Below, in pieces: positions 29,501 to 37,138 of a DNA stretch of 38,915 nt. Source of the DNA: Trichomonas gallinae (taxonomy: Eukaryota); the NCBI GenBank assembly GCA_008369845.1, contig MRSU01010306.1, forward strand, positions 1 through 38,915. Reading direction: 5' to 3'. The notes beneath the pieces were generated by a model. That model saw nothing but the letters and a program-made list of their open reading frames with translations, did not search any database and had not been told where the DNA came from. Both the position numbers and the translations under genes were made by a program. How positions within the stretch are numbered: the first letter of the stretch is position 1; the number at the start of each line of letters is the position of its first letter.

Positions 29501-31136
29501 TGCATCATCATCAATGCTTGCGATTTCATCAGCATTATTCGAGCATCAAGTAGATTCGCCATACATTAATTTCGATGTTCCACCACATATCCCTATTATG
29601 GGATTCCTCTACAAACCACGTGTTGGTGTTTCAAAGCCACAGATGGACTTCTTGGCATTGGATGCTGCTCAAAAATTCGTTGATGCTTTCGCAGATGAAA
29701 ACTCATCAGAAGAATTTTTGCCATATATTATTGCCGCCTCAAAACTCAACGACGATCAGTTAAAGAAGTTTGTCAGTTCCATAGAGAGACTTGGAAAATC
29801 ACACAGACTCTCTTCTTTCGTTGTCGCAATCAATCCTGATGCTCCGACAGCAGAAGAAAGAATGTCAACACTCGACATTCTTCCGCCAAGTTATTCACGC
29901 GAAGTTATTGTTTCATTCATCAGAGCGAGAACTCTTTCATTGTCGAAGCAGAAAGGACAGATCAAGAAGCTCACAAAGAAGATTGTCCAGATCTTCACTG
30001 AGCTTTTGCCGTCAGGAGGCTCAAAGATCAAGAGAGATATCGGATCAAGAAAGTTAGGTGCCTTCGAAGAAGCAGGTGCTTTCTGCGATCCTCTCATTCC
30101 ATCAATGTTCGCTCATGCAAAATTCGCGATGCAACAATGTGAAACACACTCATTAGTTTCTGTTCCAAGAGTTTTGATGCACACAAAGGAAGAGCTCAAC
30201 ATTTTGTTCGTAGACAAGAAAGCTGAAACAAGCAATGCTCCTCTCACACCAAGCAAATTTGAAGTCGCTCCATCTCCAATGAAACATGATGAGCTGGCCA
30301 CTACATCAAAACTCTCTGAGAACCCTCCAGAGTCTCCTCTCAAAGCTTCAGAATCACTAGAAAGGGAACAAAGTCCAGAAGAAGTTAAACCAGAAGAAAC
30401 TCCAAAAGAAGAATCTGAAAATAAGGTTGAAGAAAACCAAGAAACTGCAGAACAAAAGCAAGAAACTGTTGATGAAAATACAGAAGATAAGAAGCAAGAA
30501 AATGAAGAAATTAAAGAAGAAAAACAAGAAACTAATGAACAAAAGGAAGAAACTCCAGAAGAAAAGCAAGAAAATTCAGAAGATAAGAAAGAAACTTCTG
30601 AAGAAAAAGCTGAAGTTGAAGAAGAGCAAAAACAAGAGAATCAAGAGGAGAAGAAGGAAGAAGTTCAGGAGCCTGTTGAGAAGATTAATTCATATGTTGA
30701 GTTCGCTAAACTTGTTTTCACATTTGTCGTGAAGTATTACAGATACATGTTCACCATTACAGATATTATTAAGAACTTCAGGCAAAGAATTACAGAGGAA
30801 GAACTATACGAGGCTATTGTTTCCAAGAATTTGCATCTCAAAAGAAATATTGAGGCCTTGTTTGTAATTTGCGTTCTCGGATTTCCATCAAAGCGTGAGG
30901 ATTTCATGAAGATAGTTGCATCAGATAAGCTCAGAGAGGCTTTGGCGTGCAAGGATGTGAAGAATGGACTCAACATCATTCTCGCTTGCCCAGTAGATGA
31001 ATCATTACCAGAGGAAGTCGAGGAGGAAGAAGAGGAAGAGAAAGAAGAGGAGAAACCAGCTGAAATTCACAACGAAGAACAGAAGAAGGAAGAATTCAAT
31101 GATTTGAATGATGATATTGAATTGCCTCCTGCATAG
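26541..31136 (+). CDS. Large HEAT-repeat protein, huntingtin-like (inferred), with an E/K/Q-rich insert and acidic tail
   Basis: 1531-aa uninterrupted ORF, mostly helical. Three segments resemble huntingtin HEAT regions in the same order (see findings). The CDS is near certain; the family assignment is a by-eye inference. Confidence 0.5.
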   Translation: MNLGGNLILSQHFKSLNKLISAGKYDEAEAKLEDISNSLSTSDFDPKNKKGTLSLLLNNCLPLTSHENLKIRLHAQNVLNHWSSLVTSFLPKVLLDTFNNIDASQLKSEAHAAIFTFFTHALRCLQHDNRLEYLGILHSLLISSKPDLLTDISFNIWGLLRETLTVSNINSTLPVLINSPLAEEVAFLCEKSPDPLYNTVLAKANFDFIKQTIQFWPISKPFDLSVLTPRIVAAFESKNSSDISTSIEIITQIVQRMNDLNSIDFPEQWTQLINCCQQLWDSTATIAQKAAIIDLFATASFINKSNLENLLIFEENIPTPIKISIIKLCSPFIADGKIPKGLFEFIEYQLAQRDPLIFVAILDFLAVSFNDLHKLSPQRSQYILTHALTPLSQYFVEQISILHLLCAIDYENTGVKLDVVSILLNFLNNPHPSLIPELKKTVEKLNVDLPLTQLDWIGSGAMILQVLTKCDPFFICELIEAGLITANSYPAAIELMLKNLPQDKTVSTLSRRALYVAVKAHAELGNDYTIKLNNVFTKEWRGIIDSLPELVKVINKNLKQTAFGMVLQSSLQLFVECMIHEKFVFNDIENLYLIATDLAPAFCNECCKIIIHLHAMLDGFKDMLNQKQLKKIQELSTKFFSQMLPFDWSYSIVEAALQVFEKSEVLKLIPQHVSEACLSSVEILKWVLEADPKHTPLSPVFLSINRQKHEDYFNECVKNIPFGEWYLPENASKMIKDMKGIVVYSYDVLDYDHRKIIDENPESFDIKTPNKQKSDSSLEIPVKITLQGEFKGYESQEAIKSGEGADFSCPFNPYPHEKACSLVSLTNFLWFSTRRVSKTDFKTIEQSLLPFAWRPRVPAAFLAYALRHGMRVKTAEWAAGVRLDARSDSDLVAFAILTLLGGAKVSDAEKHLRRDISSLLGLNYDDACEFAVKACLLDSARRFAADAIIFREAERFSEAPFSAFLMRDRQTIISNFDNIVSLFATPFASSSMLAISSALFEHQVDSPYINFDVPPHIPIMGFLYKPRVGVSKPQMDFLALDAAQKFVDAFADENSSEEFLPYIIAASKLNDDQLKKFVSSIERLGKSHRLSSFVVAINPDAPTAEERMSTLDILPPSYSREVIVSFIRARTLSLSKQKGQIKKLTKKIVQIFTELLPSGGSKIKRDIGSRKLGAFEEAGAFCDPLIPSMFAHAKFAMQQCETHSLVSVPRVLMHTKEELNILFVDKKAETSNAPLTPSKFEVAPSPMKHDELATTSKLSENPPESPLKASESLEREQSPEEVKPEETPKEESENKVEENQETAEQKQETVDENTEDKKQENEEIKEEKQETNEQKEETPEEKQENSEDKKETSEEKAEVEEEQKQENQEEKKEEVQEPVEKINSYVEFAKLVFTFVVKYYRYMFTITDIIKNFRQRITEEELYEAIVSKNLHLKRNIEALFVICVLGFPSKREDFMKIVASDKLREALACKDVKNGLNIILACPVDESLPEEVEEEEEEEKEEEKPAEIHNEEQKKEEFNDLNDDIELPPA
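30355..30675 (+). repeat. Low-complexity coding repeat (E/K/Q/N-rich, roughly 7-aa period)
   Basis: Encodes ..EQKQETVDENTEDKKQENEEIKEEKQETNEQKEETPEEKQENSEDKKETSEEK..; purine-rich GAA/AAA DNA. Confidence 0.8.
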
Positions 31137-31495
31137 AATGTTTATTTATTTATTAAAAACTATTACTTTTCTATATTATTCTAATATATCTTGTATATTT
31201 TCTATTTATTGCTTAAAGTTATTGTGATTGATATAATTATCTAATCTATTGTAATGTTGAAGTTTATTTCAGAAAATATAAGAAATATAAGAAATTTAAA
31301 ATCAATTTTGAAATCAATTTTAATTAACATCAAAATGAATGATAAAGTACATGATGAGGGTTTTAAATGCAAAATCAAAAAAAAAAGTTAAAAATATAAC
31401 TGTTTAATTCTAAAATTTGAGCATAGAATAATAGTATTAGGAGAGTATTTACCGAAAATAATAATATTAGTTTAATATCCTCTATATCAAAATAA

Positions 31496-31960
31496 TTACT
31501 GAGAGATTTTTTCGAGGTGAGCTGATAAGATATCAACGCAGCCCTTCAAACCGATCTCATCTTCTTCGCTGAAGCGTTCAAGCTTTGGACTGTCGATGTC
31601 GAGGACGCCAACAATCTTACCATGCTTGTAGACTGGGAGAACGATTTCAGAGTTGCTAGCGCTGTCGCATGCGATGTGTCCTGGGTACTTGTGAACATCT
31701 GGAACGCGTAATATCTTCTGTTGTTCAACGGCACCACCGCAAACACCCTTTCCGACTGGGATTCTTGTGCAGGCTGTCTTACCCTGGAATGGTCCAAGGA
31801 CTAAAACATTCTTAGCATTCAACATGTAAAATCCGCACCAGTTCAATTCCTTGAGATGCTCGTTGATAAGTGCGCTTGTGTTGGACAAGACACTGACCTG
31901 GTCATCATCATCACCAATTAAACCCTTTAACTCATCATGGAGCTGAGAATAATTTGTCAT
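31496..31960 (-). CDS. msrC: Free methionine-(R)-sulfoxide reductase (stand-alone GAF domain, MsrC/YebR/fRMsr family)
   Basis: Diagnostic motifs LNWCGFY, LVLGPFQGKTACTRIPVGKGVCG, VPDVHKYPGHIACDSASNSEIVLP and GVLDIDS. The three conserved cysteines are present. Confidence 0.95.
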   Translation of the reverse strand: MTNYSQLHDELKGLIGDDDDQVSVLSNTSALINEHLKELNWCGFYMLNAKNVLVLGPFQGKTACTRIPVGKGVCGGAVEQQKILRVPDVHKYPGHIACDSASNSEIVLPVYKHGKIVGVLDIDSPKLERFSEEDEIGLKGCVDILSAHLEKISQ

Positions 31961-31969
31961 CTTTGATAT

Positions 31970-31977
31970 GTCACTTT
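31970..31977 (-). promoter_or_regulatory. AAAGTGAC motif (resembles the Trichomonas M2 upstream motif)
   Basis: Minus-strand AAAGTGAC lies 9 nt before the msrC ATG. The motif name is recalled from Trichomonas core-promoter work. Confidence 0.45.
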
Positions 31978-32475
31978 TACTCTTTGAATCAAACTCATTA
32001 AAATTATGTCAAGTAAATTTATTACATGACAAAAATATTCCAATTCTTCAAAATCTTATGATATAGATCAGTGACTATGTTATAGGTAAGCAAAGAAACA
32101 TAATATTACTAATTATGTGCCCAGTTGTGGTACACCTTTTTTAGATCATATAAGTTAGTTGCAGTGGCGATTAACTTCATTGTGGGATTCACTTTTTATA
32201 TTTGTGTCAACGAGCTCTCTCGTGAAATATGGATTTATGTGGTTCTTTTCTACATAATCATGTTAGATAGATATCTGTTGCTGAGTCCTATAATATAACT
32301 AACAAGATACATATGTTGATTTTTATAATAGATAAAACAAAACAGAATTAGTATTTGCTTCATCCAATGAACAATATGAAAAATGATAAAATGTTTATCA
32401 TGTCGAAGACTTGTTCATTATTCAATATGAAATAAAAGTAACAATTTATATAAAAAACAATTCTATATTAATATA

Positions 32476-33978
32476 CTAGTTCTGCAATCCAAGTTCTCTG
32501 TTTGTTTTTGGAATGCAATTCTTGATCATGAAGATGCACATCAATGTCATAATAAGACATGACACGCATAATCTCACGATATCAACAATGGGCCACTTAA
32601 TAGGCTCGCCGCTCTCCAATGTGTATCTAAAGAGAGCTGGCGACTCTCTCGTTCCTACTGTTATCTGGACGAAACCATCAACAGTCGAAGGAGGAACATC
32701 GCAAACAATATGATCATCCTCATGCCTCCATGTAGCAGCTGCATTTCCGAACTTTATTACTGCATCATCAGGCACCTTCCAGTCAGTGTAAACTCTCACA
32801 GTTCTTCCGCCATTTATTCCTGATGACGATGGAACAACTCTGACAACGAGCGGGAAAACTCTCGGAACAGGAGTTGGGGCTGGCGTTGCTTTAGGCGAAG
32901 GAAGGGGCGTAGGAGTAGGAAGAGGTGAAGGAGACGGTGTTTCTGGTGGTGTAGGAAGCGGCGTAGATGGAGCTGGCGTTGGGAAAGGAGTCGGAAAAGG
33001 CGTCGGGAAAGGTGTAGGCGCAGGAGTTTGTGCTGGAGTTTCTTGCGGAGAAGGGGCCGGAGTTGGGTCTGGTGTTTGCGCAGGGGTTGGCTGAGGTGTT
33101 GGATCAGGCGTTGGAGCTGGTGTAGGAGCAAGAGATGGCGAAGGAGACGGAGTTGGAGATCTTGATGCTGACGGTGTTGGAGATTGTGTAGGAGTAGGAT
33201 CTGGGCTTTGTGTTGGTGAAGGAGGCTGTGTTGGCTCTGGTGTTGGATTTGGCGTCGGACTTGGAGTTTCTGTAATTTTAGATTTCCTAGATTTCTTTTT
33301 TGGTTTTGTTGTTTCTTCGATTTCATCTTCTGGCTCTTTCCTCTTTTTCTTCTTTGTTTTCTTTGGCTTTGGAGTTTCTTCGATTTCATCTTCAGTTTCT
33401 TCCGTTGACTGTGATTTTGTTGTAGTTCGTTTAGTCTTTGGTGTTTCTTCTTGTTCTTCGTCTGTTTCTTTGCTTGATTTTGATTTAGTTGAAGTCTTTT
33501 TTGATTTCAGTTTTGTTTCGATCTCTTCATCTTCATTTTCTTTGTATATCTTTTTCTTCGATTTCTTTGTCTTTTTGGGCTTGATTTCTTCCTGAGTTTC
33601 TGTATTTTCGGTAGTTTCTGATTTCGATTCTGTCTTTGTAGTTGTGTTTTCTGCTTTGTCTTCAGTTATTTCTTCTTTTGTATCGTTTTTCTTCTTTTTA
33701 GATGACTTGTTTAAATCCAATTCTGCCTCATCTTCGTCGAATTTGATGCTTTCAACTTTACTTCGCGGTTTATTATTCTTATTCGTATTGATTGGTATTG
33801 TCTGTGATGAAAAATCGTCATCATCGTGTTCATTGTCCTGTTTCTCTTCATCATCAACGAAATCATCATTGAATGATGCTGAATCTTCAAGAGAATTCAA
33901 TGAATCGATTTTCCTTTTCCTATTATTGCGTACTGATGCAGTAACAGCGAAAAAGAAAAACAAAAGAAAGAAAATCAT
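32476..33978 (-). CDS. Predicted type I membrane protein: signal peptide, charged K/E/T repeats, Pro/Thr mucin-like stalk, IPT/TIG domain, TM helix
   Basis: Signal [15 protein letters not shown]; (P-T-P-x)n stalk; IPT-like [59 protein letters not shown]; short tail. Confidence 0.85.
   Translation of the reverse strand: MIFFLLFFFFAVTASVRNNRKRKIDSLNSLEDSASFNDDFVDDEEKQDNEHDDDDFSSQTIPINTNKNNKPRSKVESIKFDEDEAELDLNKSSKKKKNDTKEEITEDKAENTTTKTESKSETTENTETQEEIKPKKTKKSKKKIYKENEDEEIETKLKSKKTSTKSKSSKETDEEQEETPKTKRTTTKSQSTEETEDEIEETPKPKKTKKKKRKEPEDEIEETTKPKKKSRKSKITETPSPTPNPTPEPTQPPSPTQSPDPTPTQSPTPSASRSPTPSPSPSLAPTPAPTPDPTPQPTPAQTPDPTPAPSPQETPAQTPAPTPFPTPFPTPFPTPAPSTPLPTPPETPSPSPLPTPTPLPSPKATPAPTPVPRVFPLVVRVVPSSSGINGGRTVRVYTDWKVPDDAVIKFGNAAATWRHEDDHIVCDVPPSTVDGFVQITVGTRESPALFRYTLESGEPIKWPIVDIVRLCVSCLIMTLMCIFMIKNCIPKTNRELGLQN
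32865..33270 (-). repeat. Coding tandem repeat of P-T-P-x / P-S-P-x tetrapeptides (about 12-nt period)
   Basis: Encodes [19 protein letters not shown]...[17 protein letters not shown]...; locally GC-rich. Confidence 0.85.
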
Positions 33979-34695
33979 AAAAATTTAAATTATTTGGGGT
34001 CTGGAAAATAAATAATGGGGTATTAATAAGGTTCTTTTATTTTGTTTGTTGCAGAAAGAAATCATTATAAAACAGATAAAACATACATTTGAGTCATTTC
34101 ATTGCAACTCTCAAAGCCTCTTTTTCTTTGCTAGTTCTTACTATTTCAGATTAGTTAAATGTTAATCCAAGAATACTATTATTAAAGAGTATAATACAAA
34201 TTATATATCAATTTATCATATTAAAGGTCATTATATTGTGGATGTTAAATAGATTTTAGTATAGCTGCTTACCTTAATTGAAATTCAAAGATAACTTTTG
34301 AAACTGATGTATCAGCTTGAATATGTGCGTCCTTAATGAGCTAGATACTAATATTATCTAAATATTTTAGAGTCAGCTTTTAAAGAGATAAACTTTCTAA
34401 ATTGAAACCGATTCTTGTGAATCATAATATGTATAATGATGTCTTCAAGGCTTTGAAGATGCACATAAATGTTATAATAGGACATAACGCGTATAATAAA
34501 TTGAAAAAATAAATTAAATCTCTATATTAATAGTGTGACTGTGTTTTCATCGTCTTAAATAACTATTTTGGAACTCCATTTTGTTTTAAATTATAGGATG
34601 AATTTAAAATAAAATAAATTTAGTGAAATATCTACAAATATATTGAAATATATGTGAAATATCACTAGATAATGTAGTTCCAAAGTCAAAAATAA

Positions 34696-34701
34696 TCATT
34701 T
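34696..34701 (+). promoter_or_regulatory. Inr element TCATTT
   Basis: 22 nt before the ATG at 34724. Confidence 0.55.
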
Positions 34702-34723
34702 TGCTAAAAAAGTTTTTCTGATA

Positions 34724-36661
34724 ATGGATGAAGAAATTTTTTTAGCAGGAGGAATAACAAATTTATCAAACACATGTTATATATCAGCAACATTTCAAGT
34801 CCTTTTCAGATATAAACCATTTCGAGAATTAATTCTAAAATATGCAAAATCAAATCCAGACAACACGTTATTAAATATCATGAAAAACCTTATAACATCA
34901 TTCGGTGACTCCAAAAAGCCACTAGATCCTACTCCATTGGTTGAATTTTACGGAATTGATAAAACAAAACAGCAAGACGCAGGCGAATTCATGACACACC
35001 TACTAAATGACGTCATAGAAACCTTACCAAATGACGAAAACAACGAATTTAGAAAACTTTTGACAGTTAAAGTTGAATACACGACAAGGCCTGGCTTTGA
35101 TTCATTACTTTTTTATACAATACCTGTTTTAGAAGGAATACCTGTAAAAGACGCATTTAATATCTCTCTTGACGATTCGCAGACTTTTATCACGACTCCA
35201 AAATTCTTTTTCATTCAAATTCAGCGAATGCAATTTGACATCAGCACGAAAACTTTAGAAAAAAAGAATGATTCAATGGAAATTCCGTTTGATTTGGATT
35301 TGAATAAATGGAATAATCCAAGTTATTCGTTATTTGCAGTTATTCAACATATTGGCTCAGGACAAGGCGGTCACTACAGAGTATGCTTGAAAGATGCAGA
35401 AGGATGGGTGATGGCGAGCGATTCTCGCGTTTATCCGATTTCACAAAGAAAATGCTTAGATACATCAACGTCTACGGACTCGCCAGCATACATATTAGCA
35501 TTTGTTACTGATACAAGTGATATTATTACGCTTAGAAAACAAATTTACGAAAATTTTCCAACTGAAAGATATAAAAAATCAACAGAAATCATTGCAAAGC
35601 GAACAAGTTGTGCGTTCAAGCGTCCAAGCAACATAACTAAATCAGATACTGTTGTTTGCCCAATTACAATTGTTATTCAGTATTTTGATCAAAAAACAAT
35701 GGAGTTTAAGGATCCTGATAAGATGGAATTCCATTCACTTGATGATGCCATGGCGCATTTGCAGCTGGTGTCAATGGACTCAACACTCACTGTTTTGTAC
35801 GGATACACTGGTTATTTTCTAGATCCAAAAATTCCAGAAGATTTTGGCTATTATGATACTCCATTATATCTTATATTACAAAATAACGACTATAGAATCT
35901 TCGATCGCATTCCAAATCATAAAATAATTAATGTTAATATTGAATTTGGAACAATTCGATTTCCAATGTGCTTTTTCTCAGACCAGCAGGTTGGAGATGC
36001 CATTAAATATGGAAAGCGCATAATTAAAGAGAAATTCAACTTTGAATCGAATTTAGAGCCAATGTTTAGAATTCACAACAACTTAATATCAACAAACAAA
36101 ACAATAATGTTCAAATCTCTTATTAACTTCCAGAATGCTGAGATTTCTATTTGTTTTGTTGAAAAAAGTCGAATTTCACAAAAAATCCATTCAATACCAA
36201 TTTATGTATATAAAGAAGCTGATCCAACCAAAATTGCTGGAAAAATCAGTTTTGAAGTCGAATTACAACCAGATTTAGATTCGATCAAAGCAGCTGCAAG
36301 TTCATTAATAGATATAGATCAGTCAGGTTTGTTTGCAGTTCCAATAAGAGGCAATGAAATCGTTGAGCTCACAGAGCCATTAAATCCATTTATTATGTAT
36401 GATCCTGATTACGAACTTTGGATGTTTGACAGCTGTTCAAATGCTGTTTCTCTTGTTGTTTTCGATAGAATGAGGTTCCTAGTTCAACTGCAATCAGATT
36501 TTGAAAGTTTTGCAGATGATTTATCTGCGCTTCTTCATGCAAAACCAATTCAAATATTATTCAGATACGATAATCATATCATTAACAAAATAACAGATCC
36601 AATTCAAATGAAAAAAGATCATCCAAACGGATACTTCACAGTTACATCCATTATAGAATAA
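34724..36661 (+). CDS. Ubiquitin-specific protease (peptidase C19/USP family) with an uncharacterised C-terminal extension
   Basis: Cys box GITNLSNTCYISATFQVLF, QQDAGEF, PKFFFIQIQR, His box YSLFAVIQHIGSGQGGHY, WVMASD and AYILAF. Confidence 0.93.
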   Translation: MDEEIFLAGGITNLSNTCYISATFQVLFRYKPFRELILKYAKSNPDNTLLNIMKNLITSFGDSKKPLDPTPLVEFYGIDKTKQQDAGEFMTHLLNDVIETLPNDENNEFRKLLTVKVEYTTRPGFDSLLFYTIPVLEGIPVKDAFNISLDDSQTFITTPKFFFIQIQRMQFDISTKTLEKKNDSMEIPFDLDLNKWNNPSYSLFAVIQHIGSGQGGHYRVCLKDAEGWVMASDSRVYPISQRKCLDTSTSTDSPAYILAFVTDTSDIITLRKQIYENFPTERYKKSTEIIAKRTSCAFKRPSNITKSDTVVCPITIVIQYFDQKTMEFKDPDKMEFHSLDDAMAHLQLVSMDSTLTVLYGYTGYFLDPKIPEDFGYYDTPLYLILQNNDYRIFDRIPNHKIINVNIEFGTIRFPMCFFSDQQVGDAIKYGKRIIKEKFNFESNLEPMFRIHNNLISTNKTIMFKSLINFQNAEISICFVEKSRISQKIHSIPIYVYKEADPTKIAGKISFEVELQPDLDSIKAAASSLIDIDQSGLFAVPIRGNEIVELTEPLNPFIMYDPDYELWMFDSCSNAVSLVVFDRMRFLVQLQSDFESFADDLSALLHAKPIQILFRYDNHIINKITDPIQMKKDHPNGYFTVTSIIE

Positions 36662-37138
36662 ATTGTTTGTATATTATTCATCAAATCATATATACTTATA
36701 AAATATTTCAAAATGAAGTCTACAAAGATTTGTTTTATAATAATTAGCTACTAATTTATCAATTAACTACAATATAACAAATCAATATACCTAACTAAGC
36801 GAGGAATTCACGAGATTATTCTGTTTTTGTAGAAAATGAAATTTCTTTCATTATGAAAATTCTGTTGTGATCTCATGACATATGTCCTGATAACTACAAT
36901 ATCTCCATATATCAGCATTAAATACGCTCCTCATAATCTGAACATTCTGATTACATCAGAATTATGCTCATAATTTAATTTGTTGATGCTAATAAAGCTT
37001 TGGCTTGTGCTTCAATTTATGGCCAGCATGCATTTATTAAAATTAGTGGAATATGTTTATCATGAGAAGAATGGTATGCAATAATTAAATTTAAAAATAA
37101 TAATACTAACATAGTTTTTATTCTTTTAAAACAAAGAC

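Noticed and set aside
31271..31325. Short tandem duplications (AGAAATATA; AAATCAATTTT)
   Set aside because: Two-copy AT-rich slippage repeats in a convergent intergenic region with no evidence of function.
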